Assembly (NCBI GenBank): GCA_905614365.1
Contig: CAJQSO010000019.1
Coordinates: 22,259 to 86,258 of the forward strand
From: an uncultured Candidatus Thioglobus sp.
Lineage (GTDB): Bacteria; Pseudomonadota; Gammaproteobacteria; PS1; Pseudothioglobaceae
Direction of reading: 5' to 3'
DNA length: 64,000 nucleotides
Part shown: positions 1 through 10,859 of the stretch, in pieces
Position numbering within the stretch: position 1 is the first letter of the stretch
How the letters are laid out: each line of letters starts with the position of its first letter
Position numbers and translations under genes: made by a program
Notes under the pieces: generated by a model
Told to the model about the DNA's origin: nothing
Seen by the model: only the letters and a program-made list of their open reading frames with translations
Databases searched by the model: none

Positions 1-918
1 AGCATTAACTCTTGATGCTCTTTCTAGTAGACGAGAGTGGAGATAAAATACATCACCTGGATATGCTTCACGTCCTGGTGGGCGTTTTAAAAGAAGCGAT
101 ACTTGACGATATGCCCATGCTTGTTTAGTCAAATCATCGTAAACAATTAGAGCATCTTCACCACGATCTCTGAAATATTCACCCATTGCACATCCAGCAT
201 AAGGAGCAATATATTGAAGAGCTGCAGAGTCAGAAGCTGACGCAGCAACAATAATTGTATGTTCTAACGCGCCATGCTCTTCTAGCTTACGAACAACAGT
301 AGCTATAGAAGATGCTTTTTGTCCAATAGCAACATAAATACATTTAACACCAGTACCTTTCTGATTAATAATCGCATCAATTGCAACAGCAGTTTTTCCA
401 GTTTGACGATCACCAATAATTAGCTCACGCTGACCACGTCCAATTGGAACCATAGCATCAATTGCCTTAATTCCAGTTTGAATTGGTTGGTCAACTGATT
501 GTCTTTCAATAACGCCAGGAGCAACTACTTCAATTGGGCGAGTTACAGATGTTTTTATCTCTCCCTTACCTTCTAGATCTACTCCAAGAGGATTAACAAC
601 ACGGCCAAGAAGCTCGTTACCAACTGGAACTTCCATAATTCGATTTGTACACTTAACAGTGTCGCCTTCTGAAATATGAAGATAGTCACCTAATACAACC
701 GCGCCAACAGAATCCTGCTCTAAGTTAAGTGCCAATCCAAAAGTATTTCCTGGAAATTCTAGCATCTCACCAAACTGAGCGTCTGCTAAGCCATGGATAC
801 GAACGATTCCATCACTTACACTAATTACAGTGCCTTCTGTACGTGCTTCAGCTGAAAAGTCAAAGCCCTCTATTTCTTTTTTAATTAAATCACTGATTTC
901 AGAAGCGTTTAATTGCAT
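1..918 (-). CDS. atpA: F1 ATP synthase alpha subunit (5' part; runs off window start)
   Basis: Manual translation from the ATG at 918: [44 protein letters not shown]; Walker A GDRQTGKT; follows atpH. Confidence 0.97.
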   Translation of the reverse strand, partial: MQLNASEISDLIKKEIEGFDFSAEARTEGTVISVSDGIVRIHGLADAQFGEMLEFPGNTFGLALNLEQDSVGAVVLGDYLHISEGDTVKCTNRIMEVPVGNELLGRVVNPLGVDLEGKGEIKTSVTRPIEVVAPGVIERQSVDQPIQTGIKAIDAMVPIGRGQRELIIGDRQTGKTAVAIDAIINQKGTGVKCIYVAIGQKASSIATVVRKLEEHGALEHTIIVAASASDSAALQYIAPYAGCAMGEYFRDRGEDALIVYDDLTKQAWAYRQVSLLLKRPPGREAYPGDVFYLHSRLLERASRVNA

Positions 919-939
919 AACTAACCTCTCTTTATAAAA

Positions 940-1488
940 TTAATTTACAGACAAAGAGACGCCTAGAGCATCTACTTTTGCCTTAATTGATGTATCGATT
1001 ACTTTATCACCTTCTTTAATAATGACGCCACCTTTAAGGGTCGCATCAATTTCAGTTTCAACTGATACAGTAGTTTTGTGTTTACTTGTTAAATCTTCAA
1101 CGATTGCTTTTTGCTCAGCATCACTGAGCTCATATGCACTAATAACTTTGAAGTTCTTACTCTTATTAGCATTAGAAACTTCGGAATCAAAAGCATAAGC
1201 TATACTGCTAATTGCGCTCGAACGATCATTATTCAAAATAAGATTTATAAAAGCCGACTCTTGTTTACTAAGTTCTTTTGAAGTCATCCTTAAAATTAAA
1301 GCAGAAATCAAATCAAATTTTTGATCTTTACTTTTACTTGGAGATGCAATGAAAGTCTTTGTGTTTTGATCAGCCATAATCGCTGAAGCTGTCGCTAAAA
1401 AGTCACTCCATCCTGAGACAGAATTACTTTGTTGAGCAATTTCAAAAATCGCTTGAGCGTATGGCTTTGCAATTGTTGATAATTCCAT
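940..1488 (-). CDS. atpH: ATP synthase delta subunit
   Basis: MELSTIAKPYAQAIF N-terminus, GGVIIKEGDKVID C-terminus; operon position. Confidence 0.95.
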   Translation of the reverse strand: MELSTIAKPYAQAIFEIAQQSNSVSGWSDFLATASAIMADQNTKTFIASPSKSKDQKFDLISALILRMTSKELSKQESAFINLILNNDRSSAISSIAYAFDSEVSNANKSKNFKVISAYELSDAEQKAIVEDLTSKHKTTVSVETEIDATLKGGVIIKEGDKVIDTSIKAKVDALGVSLSVN

Positions 1489-1497
1489 CGTCTTAGC

Positions 1498-1968
1498 CTA
1501 TAGTGATTGAGACAGCTTAGAAAGCATATCTTTATGTGCTTTAGAATCAACTTCTTTCTCTAAAACTGAGTTGACACCTTGCATAACCAAAGTTGAAACT
1601 TGATTTTTAAGCTCGTTACGTGCTTTCACAACTTCTTGGTCAAGTTCAGACTTAGCGTGCGCTTTAATCTTATCAGCCTCTTCAGAAGCTGTTCCTTTAG
1701 CTTTATCAATCATTACGTTAGCTTGTTTATCCGCGTTTGCAATAATTTCAGCAGCTTGGGTTTTAGTGCTCTCTATAAGATCTTCAGCATTTTTCTGAGC
1801 TAATGCATGCTCTTCTTTTCCAAGTTCTGCAGCCTTTAATCCATCTTCAATAGCTTTTTTGCGTGCTGCCATTGCCTCGACAAGTGGAGGCCAAACAAAC
1901 TTCATGCAGAACAGCACAAACATGGCAAACATAATTGTTTGCCCAATGAGCGTAAGGTTAATGTTCAT
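1498..1968 (-). CDS. atpF: ATP synthase Fo subunit b
   Basis: [29 protein letters not shown] membrane anchor plus coiled coil, 156 aa. Confidence 0.97.
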   Translation of the reverse strand: MNINLTLIGQTIMFAMFVLFCMKFVWPPLVEAMAARKKAIEDGLKAAELGKEEHALAQKNAEDLIESTKTQAAEIIANADKQANVMIDKAKGTASEEADKIKAHAKSELDQEVVKARNELKNQVSTLVMQGVNSVLEKEVDSKAHKDMLSKLSQSL

Positions 1969-2002
1969 AGCTTAATACCCTTAATTATTAAAAGAATACA
2001 AT

Positions 2003-2239
<237 letters not shown>

Positions 2240-2272
2240 TTACTCCTACTTATAAAAACTATTTAAAAAAAA

Positions 2273-3468
<1,196 letters not shown>

Positions 3469-3588
3469 ACAAAATATTATACAATTTAATGTTTAATAGT
3501 CAAGTCTTACAAGGACAATTTATTTACTGTGAAGTAAAATAAATTTAAGTAATTTATTAAAGCTTATTTTCAAAAAAGATTCAGTTGT

Positions 3589-5250
3589 CTAAGTGCTTGA
3601 ATTTATCATCTCTTCAGCTGCTATTCGAGTTTTATCACTAACTGTAATGCCGCCTAAGATTCTTGCCACTTCATCCGTCCTTTCTTTAGGACTAAGGCTT
3701 GCAACTTGAGTGAAAGTTGAGCCATTTTTTTGCGTTTTTACAACCTTCATATGATCTTGTCCCTGCGCTGCAACCTGAGCTAGGTGCGTTACACAAATAA
3801 TTTGGTATCGATTTGATAATTTTTTTAACATCTGGCCAACAATTTCAGCAACTGATCCGCTGATACCTACGTCAACTTCATCAAATACAACTGATGGTGT
3901 GAGCTCAGTTTTGCTTGTAACAACTGAAAGTGCTAGAGAAATTCTTGATAACTCTCCACCAGAAGCTACTTTTCCGAGCGGCTTAAAATCTTGCCCAGCG
4001 TTAGTTTTTGTAAGAATGATAATTTCTTCCATACCATTAAGCCTTACAGCTCCTTCAGAAGAATTAATGCTAAAAGTGATTTCACTTCCCGGCATTCCAA
4101 GTTTTTGCATTAAGCTTGTAACCTCTTTTGAAAGAGACTTGCTCGCAATTACTCTTTCAGCACTCAATAACTTTGACTTGGCATAATATTCTTTCTCAAA
4201 TTTACTTTGCGCTAGTAATAACTGATCTATCTTATCGCTCGATGAGCCCAACATATTAAGATTTTCTTGCAAAGCTGATTGTGCCTCAAGTAGTCCTTGA
4301 ATTTGACAATTATGCTTACGACCAAGGTCATGAAGCTCATTAATTCTAGAACTAAGTAATGCTGAATTATCTTCTTGGCTGCTAATTTTACCGAGGTAAT
4401 CTGTCAAGTCATAAATTCCTTCCTGGACTTGAAGCTGGGCGCTTGCCAGTAATGAATGTATTGTGTCTAAGCGTGAATCAAGTTCTTTCGACTGATTAAC
4501 AATATTTTCACTTTCAATTAAAATATTATTAACACCTGATTCATTATCAAGAGAGTCTATTATTTTAGAAATTTTTTCAACAAGTTGGCTTGCGTTTGTA
4601 GAGACTTTATAGTCATCCTCAATATTATCAAGCTCATCCTGAGTCATTTCGGCTTGAATAAGTTCATTCAGTTGATGGGTTATTAACTCTTTTTGGGCTG
4701 CAAGGAGAGAGTTATTATTTTGTAAGTCTTCAACCTCATTCTTGACCGCTTGATAATTGTTGACAATATTATTTACTTCTTCACACTGCTTTTGAGTGCC
4801 GGCATAATCATCAAGTAGCAAGCGATGATGATTTGCTCGAAGTAACAGCTGATGCTCATTTTGGCCATGCATATCAATCAAAAAACTACCAATATCTTTT
4901 AGCGTTGATAAAGGCACATTAGAACCATTGACATATGAACGAGACTTTCCATCCGAAGCAATAACTCTTCGTAAGATGCACTCATTCTCATTTTCTAAAT
5001 CCAAGCCCTCTAAAAAAGTTTGAAGCTCAGTTCCAGAATTCAAACTAAATGTTGCAACAATTTCAGCTTTACTTGCGCCTTTCCTAACTAGTGACGAATC
5101 AGAGCGACCTCCAGAAACTAAACTTAATGCTTGAATTAAGATTGATTTACCTGCTCCTGTCTCACCAGTCACAACAGTCATGCCAGACTTAAACTCAACA
5201 CTTAGGTCTTCGACAACAACTAAATTTTTTACATGTAAGTGCTCAAGCAT
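3589..5250 (-). CDS. recN: DNA repair protein RecN
   Basis: TGETGAGKS Walker A, HGQNEHQ, ASGGELSR, FDEVDVGISG, VTHLAQVAA. Confidence 0.97.
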   Translation of the reverse strand: MLEHLHVKNLVVVEDLSVEFKSGMTVVTGETGAGKSILIQALSLVSGGRSDSSLVRKGASKAEIVATFSLNSGTELQTFLEGLDLENENECILRRVIASDGKSRSYVNGSNVPLSTLKDIGSFLIDMHGQNEHQLLLRANHHRLLLDDYAGTQKQCEEVNNIVNNYQAVKNEVEDLQNNNSLLAAQKELITHQLNELIQAEMTQDELDNIEDDYKVSTNASQLVEKISKIIDSLDNESGVNNILIESENIVNQSKELDSRLDTIHSLLASAQLQVQEGIYDLTDYLGKISSQEDNSALLSSRINELHDLGRKHNCQIQGLLEAQSALQENLNMLGSSSDKIDQLLLAQSKFEKEYYAKSKLLSAERVIASKSLSKEVTSLMQKLGMPGSEITFSINSSEGAVRLNGMEEIIILTKTNAGQDFKPLGKVASGGELSRISLALSVVTSKTELTPSVVFDEVDVGISGSVAEIVGQMLKKLSNRYQIICVTHLAQVAAQGQDHMKVVKTQKNGSTFTQVASLSPKERTDEVARILGGITVSDKTRIAAEEMINSST

Positions 5251-5262
5251 ATCTTTAATTTA

Positions 5263-6081
5263 TTAGACTTTTTGTCCCCAATGAAGCTTTGACCTGATAA
5301 TTTCAAAATAGTCATAACCTTTTGGATGAATTAGATGAACAAAATTTTCATGTTGCTTTACTCTAAGAGCTATGCCTTCTGATGCATGAACTGAGGATTG
5401 AGCATCAAAGCTAATTGTTGCTCTATCTTCACAATCTAAAAGAGTAATCATTACCTCACTTTCACCATCAAGAATGAACGGCCTATGACTCATTGTATGA
5501 GGGCTGATTGATACTAGGCAAATCGCATTTGTACTCGGATGCATAATTGGGCCTCCACTTGAAAGCGCATAAGCAGTAGAGCCAGTAGGTGTGGTAACTA
5601 TAATTCCATCTGCCCTCTGATTATTCACAAAGTCGCCATCAACATTCAGTTCAAACTCTATCATCCTTGGAGTTTCATTCCTATGAATTACTACCTCATT
5701 AAATGCCAGATGTTTTGACAATACTTTGCCTTTTTGTTCAATTTGACAGCTTAAAAGTGATCTTTTCTCTTTAATAAACTCACCATTTAGAACCGCACTA
5801 ACAACTGGCGTCATCGAGCCAACTGGAACATCAGCTAGAAAACCAAGGCGTCCTAAATTAACTCCAAGAATAGGAATATTGAAGTCTACATAAGTTCTTG
5901 CGGTATTCAATATGGTACCGTCACCACCAACAACAATAATTAGATCAGCATTTTTCTCAAAGTCTTTTTGATCCTCCAACAAAGTAACGCCAAGATCTTT
6001 AAGAAGCACTCCAAGCTCCAGGGCAGTTTTTTGACTGGTAAAATCGTTTGGTTTACAGATAACGCCAATAGAATTAAACAT
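5263..6081 (-). CDS. nadK: NAD kinase
   Basis: GGDGT, GVNLGRLGFL, NE, TPTGSTAYALSSGGP. Confidence 0.97.
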   Translation of the reverse strand: MFNSIGVICKPNDFTSQKTALELGVLLKDLGVTLLEDQKDFEKNADLIIVVGGDGTILNTARTYVDFNIPILGVNLGRLGFLADVPVGSMTPVVSAVLNGEFIKEKRSLLSCQIEQKGKVLSKHLAFNEVVIHRNETPRMIEFELNVDGDFVNNQRADGIIVTTPTGSTAYALSSGGPIMHPSTNAICLVSISPHTMSHRPFILDGESEVMITLLDCEDRATISFDAQSSVHASEGIALRVKQHENFVHLIHPKGYDYFEIIRSKLHWGQKV

Positions 6082-6085
6082 AGGC

Positions 6086-6115
6086 CTTGAAATATACTAA
6101 AAAGTAACTACATAA
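6086..6115 (+). promoter_or_regulatory. sigma32-like heat-shock promoter of grpE
   Basis: CTTGAAA (6086-6092), 15-nt spacer, CTACATAA (6108-6115), resembling the RpoH consensus CTTGAAA-N13-17-CCCCATNT. Confidence 0.55.
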
Positions 6116-6146
6116 CATGTTAAATATACATTAGTTTGGTTAAAAA

Positions 6147-6689
6147 ATGACAAAAAAGACAGAACAAAAAACTCAAGATGATACCTCTAAAGAGGTTAAA
6201 GAAGATTTAGTTGATGATAACAAAAATGAAGATTTAGCGACTCAGCTTTTAGAGGCACAGCAATCTGCAAAAGATAATTGGGATAAGCTTTTACGCTCCC
6301 AAGCCGAGATGGAAAACCTTAAAAGACGTACATCAAAAGATCTTGAAAATGCCCATAAATATGCGCTTGATGGTTTTGTTAAAGCCCTATTAGAGGTCAA
6401 CGACTCTCTATCAATGGGACTTAAGCTAGCTATGGATGAAAATGCAACTCTAGCAAATACAATTGAAGGAATTGAGCTTACAAATAAAGTTTTTATGTCA
6501 ACTCTTGAAAAATTTGGAGTTGAGGCAATAAATCCTGTTGATGAAAAATTTAACCCAGAACTTCATGAGGCAGTAACTATGGCGCCGATGCCAGACAAAA
6601 TATCAAACACTGTTTTAGAGGTTATCCAAGTTGGATTTACTTTAAATGGTCGATTAGTCCGCCCAGCACTGGTAATAGTCGTACAGTAG
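6147..6689 (+). CDS. grpE: Nucleotide exchange factor GrpE
   Basis: [35 protein letters not shown]. Confidence 0.97.
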   Translation: MTKKTEQKTQDDTSKEVKEDLVDDNKNEDLATQLLEAQQSAKDNWDKLLRSQAEMENLKRRTSKDLENAHKYALDGFVKALLEVNDSLSMGLKLAMDENATLANTIEGIELTNKVFMSTLEKFGVEAINPVDEKFNPELHEAVTMAPMPDKISNTVLEVIQVGFTLNGRLVRPALVIVVQ

Positions 6690-6745
6690 ATTTACTCTTT
6701 TCAGTCACTGTCGAGTGGCCATCCTAAATGTAAACTTACTTTGAA

Positions 6746-7168
6746 TTAAAGATTTAAATAATCTTTAAATTCATCCTTAACATCACTACCAATGTCATTA
6801 GTTAGGTACTCATAAACATTGAAGATACAATCATAATAAATATCAGATAAGAATTCATCAATCTTTTCATAATCCTCATGATCATGATTAACCCACCACC
6901 TTGAATGAGGATCTTCTTCAACTTCATTCATCATTTCAGAGTCTAAAAACCTCAGATAGTGTTTTTCTACATACATAATCCTGTGAATCAACATATGTAA
7001 TGATCCTTCAAACATTCCGTCAACTCTAGTGATATTAAAGGAATCATCTGAAAATTTTGTTCTGACCTTAGTAAAGTTATAGGTTGATGATTTAGTATCA
7101 TCAATAATCGTTGTCAATTCTTTTGTAACAAATCTAATTATTGAATGTTTAACAAAGTTATTCATCAT
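6746..7168 (-). CDS. Hypothetical acidic protein with no alanine
   Basis: 140-aa ORF in AT-rich DNA; no recognisable family; zero Ala; lies in the GpC-free segment. Confidence 0.6.
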   Translation of the reverse strand: MMNNFVKHSIIRFVTKELTTIIDDTKSSTYNFTKVRTKFSDDSFNITRVDGMFEGSLHMLIHRIMYVEKHYLRFLDSEMMNEVEEDPHSRWWVNHDHEDYEKIDEFLSDIYYDCIFNVYEYLTNDIGSDVKDEFKDYLNL

Positions 7169-7247
7169 AATTTTTATTTTATTATAAATATGACTTTGTT
7201 AGATGTCTCCAACATACAAAATCAATCAGTCAAAAATACAACTGGAT

Positions 7248-7610
7248 TTAACTCTTCTTACTTTGATGAACGACTACTGGATTTGTTATATTCTTCTTTA
7301 TTAACTTATTAATAAACGTTTGTTTATCTTTAAGAAGTAGTTCAAGATACTCACCATTGTTGCAAAACACCACATTACCCTCTGTGTCTTCAATATAAAA
7401 ATAACCCCAATCAGTAATATCATCAAGACTAGTCGTTTGATCGGGTGCTAAGTGTTGAGTGTAGAAATGTTTCCACCATCTTTGGGAAATCCCTTCACTT
7501 TGTTGAAGTTGAAGCTCTAATGACTCTAAATTTTCTGCATCAAAATCATATGTAACAAAATCCACCTCTTTATGATTTTCTACATAATAAGTAACTGTAA
7601 AGTTTTTCAT
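7248..7610 (-). CDS. Hypothetical acidic protein
   Basis: ATG at 7610 (MKNFTVTYYVENH) preferred over the GTG at 7700; about 120 aa with only 2 Ala. Confidence 0.55.
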   Translation of the reverse strand: MKNFTVTYYVENHKEVDFVTYDFDAENLESLELQLQQSEGISQRWWKHFYTQHLAPDQTTSLDDITDWGYFYIEDTEGNVVFCNNGEYLELLLKDKQTFINKLIKKNITNPVVVHQSKKS

Positions 7611-7640
7611 TTGTAAAATGTTACAGGACACAAAAAATAT

Positions 7641-7703
7641 GTGGTGAAAAATCCATATACAAAATGGCTTTATTAGTGGTGAAAAAAACCTTGGTTTCAC
7701 AAC
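7641..7703. repeat. GT(G/T)GTGAAA motif, two direct copies and one inverted
   Basis: GTGGTGAAAAA at 7641-7651 and 7676-7686; inverted TTTCACAAC at 7695-7703. Confidence 0.55.
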
Positions 7704-7830
7704 ACAGTTTTAGACTGCTAGAATGTCCTATCTTAAGAGGGTTTCAATTTAGTTATTTCTGAGGTGCTTTTGTACACTGTGTGTTTATATTGAAATATAA
7801 TTAGTGATGATTTCAAATGAATAAATATAA

Positions 7831-8139
7831 ATGGCAACAAAAATAAATATTAAGCATACTCAAAGTGGAATGGTGAAGGCTGGTTTTTATGGTTATAGTT
7901 GGACATACCTCATCTTTGGTTGGTTTGTTCCCTTGTTCAGAGGTGAATTGGGAGTTGGGGCGCTTCATCTTCTTTTTACGATAGTAACTGGTGGTATTTG
8001 GCAACTTATTGTAAGTTTCCTATACAACAAACAATACATGACAAGAATGCTAACAAATGGCTGGGTTCTTGATGGGTCCGACTCAGACAAAGTTCTTGCT
8101 GGAACCGCACTAGGAATATCAACACATAATAACAACTAA
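7831..8139 (+). CDS. Small membrane protein, DUF2628/HrgC-like
   Basis: GYSWTYLIFGWFVPLFRGE...YNKQYMTRMLTNGW fits the GFSW...PLFRGD...YNK pattern. Confidence 0.65.
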   Translation: MATKINIKHTQSGMVKAGFYGYSWTYLIFGWFVPLFRGELGVGALHLLFTIVTGGIWQLIVSFLYNKQYMTRMLTNGWVLDGSDSDKVLAGTALGISTHNNN

Positions 8140-8157
8140 AAATCGTAATAGAATTAA

Positions 8158-8772
8158 GTGCATAATTTAAGAATTCCAATAGAGCCCTATAAGGGTGATT
8201 TATCAGGTGTTGCGCATTACCTCGATGAAATGAACTTTCAACTGTTAACGCAAATAGCGCCTTATAAAAACAATAATATTTGGACAGCATTATCACTTCA
8301 TGGATTTGGCTCAAATGCATCAGATATATTTAAACCAGGTTTTGTAGATACAAAGGTAGAGGTTGACACTCAATTGCAGTGGACTTCGCTATTCAACGAA
8401 CCTATTATGAAGCCAATACGTGAGATGATCTCTAAGCTACCTTGTAATTTTGAGAGAATTCGATTTACAAAATTAGTTGCAGGCAAGACTCTTAAAAAGC
8501 ATACAGACAATATAGATGATGATATTAAAAATAAAAAGATTGCTAGGCTCCATATTCCTATTAGGACCAATAATGATGTTATTTTTACTTTTTATGAAAA
8601 TGAAAATGATCCAAAAGGTAAGTTATTTAATCTAAAAACAGGGCAGTATTACTACCTTGACGTTACTAAACATCATTCCGTGAGCAATAATAGTAATATT
8701 GATAGATACCATCTAGTTATAGATTGCTTCATGAATGATGAGTTAAAAATACTATTTAAGGGTATTTTTTGA
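8158..8772 (+). CDS. Aspartyl/asparaginyl beta-hydroxylase-like 2OG-Fe(II) oxygenase
   Basis: HxD (KKHTD), RLHIPIRTN, distal His in KHHSVSN, RYHLVID. Confidence 0.75.
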   Translation: MHNLRIPIEPYKGDLSGVAHYLDEMNFQLLTQIAPYKNNNIWTALSLHGFGSNASDIFKPGFVDTKVEVDTQLQWTSLFNEPIMKPIREMISKLPCNFERIRFTKLVAGKTLKKHTDNIDDDIKNKKIARLHIPIRTNNDVIFTFYENENDPKGKLFNLKTGQYYYLDVTKHHSVSNNSNIDRYHLVIDCFMNDELKILFKGIF

Positions 8773-8948
8773 TATAAATACATTAATTTTCATCAAAATT
8801 AGCTATTTTTAGCTATTTTTTAAGTAATAACGATGTTTTTATGTATAAAAATAGTTAAATTACCATTTTTTTATCATTTTTTTAGATAATAAGTAATTTT
8901 TTTTAAATAATAAGACATATTCTTAAAAAAATCGCATATATTTGTCCC

Positions 8949-8977
8949 TTGACATGCAACATTTAATACTCTATATT
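8949..8977 (+). promoter_or_regulatory. sigma70 promoter of the tgn-like operon
   Basis: TTGACA (8949-8954), exactly 17 nt, TATATT (8972-8977). Confidence 0.75.
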
Positions 8978-9064
8978 TCTTGTTACTCAAGTCGGCAGGC
9001 AGTGAGAGAAAAAGGTGTGTGCCCTGTAAGTATATTTTACAAACATTTATTAATGGACTGACTT

Positions 9065-9904
9065 GTGGAAGACTTTGAAGTGATCAATTATTCAGATACG
9101 CCCTCTTTTTTTGATAAAGATGGTACAGCCTATAAAGCTTTCGGAGATGCTCCAGCTACATTAATTTTTATTCATGGCGTTGGAATGTGTAAAGAAATAT
9201 GGCAACCTCAAGTCGAACATTTTTCAAAAAATTATCGCGTAATAACTTATGACTTTTTAGGTCATGGACAAAGCTTACTCAAAAAGGATAAACTCACCCT
9301 AGAAGACTATATTAGCCAACTATACAATCTTGTTAATGAGATAGGGGTCTCAAAATTTTCTATAATTGGACACTCAATGGGAGCGCTTATTGCAGTTGCA
9401 TTTGCATTAAGATATCCTGAAAAAGTTGACACACTCATTCCCATAAATATTGTCTTTAAAAGAACTAAAAAAGCCCAAGATGATGTAATTATGAGGGCTA
9501 AAGATGTCTTAAAATCTCAACAAATACCTAATATTAATCAAACACTTGAGAGGTGGTTTAAAAATAAAACCAGCCCTTATGATTTACTGAAGATTAATAA
9601 TGTTCAAGGCTGGCTTAAAAATACCTCACCAAAAGCTTACTCAGAGGCTTACTATTTGTTTGCAACATCTGATCGAGTTTTTGTAAATAATCTCTCAAAC
9701 TTACAACCACCTGTTTTATACTTAACTGGGAGTGAAGACCCTAATTCTACTTCACTAATGTCTGAACAAATGGCTCAAGAAACGCCAAATGGCTCTAGCG
9801 AGTCCATAGAAGGTGAAGCACATATGATGGCATATATATCGGCAAAAAAAGTTAACCCAATAATAGAATACTTTCTTAATAACACTTACAATACTACTAC
9901 ATGA
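9065..9904 (+). CDS. tgnD: Alpha/beta hydrolase, putative MFMS hydrolase (TgnD-like)
   Basis: FIHGVGM, GHSMG nucleophile elbow, TGSEDPNST, HMM; first gene of the tgnAB/C operon. Confidence 0.75.
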   Translation: MEDFEVINYSDTPSFFDKDGTAYKAFGDAPATLIFIHGVGMCKEIWQPQVEHFSKNYRVITYDFLGHGQSLLKKDKLTLEDYISQLYNLVNEIGVSKFSIIGHSMGALIAVAFALRYPEKVDTLIPINIVFKRTKKAQDDVIMRAKDVLKSQQIPNINQTLERWFKNKTSPYDLLKINNVQGWLKNTSPKAYSEAYYLFATSDRVFVNNLSNLQPPVLYLTGSEDPNSTSLMSEQMAQETPNGSSESIEGEAHMMAYISAKKVNPIIEYFLNNTYNTTT

Positions 9905-10848
9905 AAACAGAAGAAACACGGGATCTAAGACAAGCACTTGGCTCTTTTCCAACAGGGGTAACTATAGTTACAGCTAAAGATAAAGATGGAAGCCCAATAG
10001 GATTTACTGCAAACTCTTTCACATCAGTGTCGTTAGACCCTCCATTAATATTGATATGCATTGACAAGGAATCTTTCAATATTGAATCATTTTCTAAGGA
10101 TGGGAATTTTGCAGTTAGTGTTCTCTCTGAAAGTCAGCAACATATTTCAACCACTTTTGCAAGTCCTGAAACAGATCGTTTTAAAGATATTTCTTGGGAG
10201 TCAAAAGCTACAGGAAGCCCTATCATATCTAACTCAGTCGCCTGGTTTGATTGTGATACGGATAATATTATAGAAGGTGGTGACCACCTTATTCTTATTG
10301 GAAAGGTAAGGGAGTTTGGGTATAACCCACAAACTCCATTGGTTTATTTAAGAGGAAATTATGTCAATCTTGGACTTGAACAGAAAATGCTCCTTGCAAT
10401 GGAAAATAAAAACACAAAAATACTTGTTGGAGCATTAATTGAATGGAGAAAAAAAATATTTCTCCTTACAGATCAAACAAGTGGGCTACTTTGCTTCCCT
10501 ACTGCTACAAGACTTGGTGCAAATAATGATGAAGAGAGCCTTCTCGGCAAGCTCCATAAACAAAAAATTCACATAAATGAACATTATCTATTCTCAGTTT
10601 TTGAAAATAATGATGATAGAACTAGCCTAATATATTACCGTACAAAAATTGAGGATGGCTCATCTATAACTACTGGAAAGTTTTATGAATTTGACTCGAT
10701 ACCGTTTGAACTTCTAATTGATGAGGCAAGTAGGATAATGCTTAAACGCTATATTGCTGAAAGAGATTTGAATGCTTTTGGAGTATTTGTAGGTAAGGAA
10801 AGTGAAGGTAATATCGAGGCTATAAGTAAAACTAATCAAAATATATAG
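9901..10848 (+). CDS. tgnA: Flavin reductase component of a two-component monooxygenase (TgnA-like, C-terminally extended)
   Basis: LRQALGSFPTGVTIVT, GFTANSFTSVSLDPPL, GGDHLILIG; ATGA overlap with the upstream gene. Confidence 0.8.
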   Translation: MKTEETRDLRQALGSFPTGVTIVTAKDKDGSPIGFTANSFTSVSLDPPLILICIDKESFNIESFSKDGNFAVSVLSESQQHISTTFASPETDRFKDISWESKATGSPIISNSVAWFDCDTDNIIEGGDHLILIGKVREFGYNPQTPLVYLRGNYVNLGLEQKMLLAMENKNTKILVGALIEWRKKIFLLTDQTSGLLCFPTATRLGANNDEESLLGKLHKQKIHINEHYLFSVFENNDDRTSLIYYRTKIEDGSSITTGKFYEFDSIPFELLIDEASRIMLKRYIAERDLNAFGVFVGKESEGNIEAISKTNQNI

Positions 10849-10859
10849 GAGCTGTTAAT

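Noticed and set aside
6105-6125. dif-like half-sites ACTACATAA and ATGTTAAAT; a weaker look-alike near 48290-48312
   Set aside because: The 6-bp central spacer is missing, the first site overlaps the sigma32-like promoter, and the window appears origin-proximal
6701-6720. TCAGTCACTGTCGAGTGGCC at the island's left edge, loosely like a guaA 3'-end attachment core (GAGTGGGA)
   Set aside because: The core is mismatched, and there is no second copy, guaA or integrase in the window
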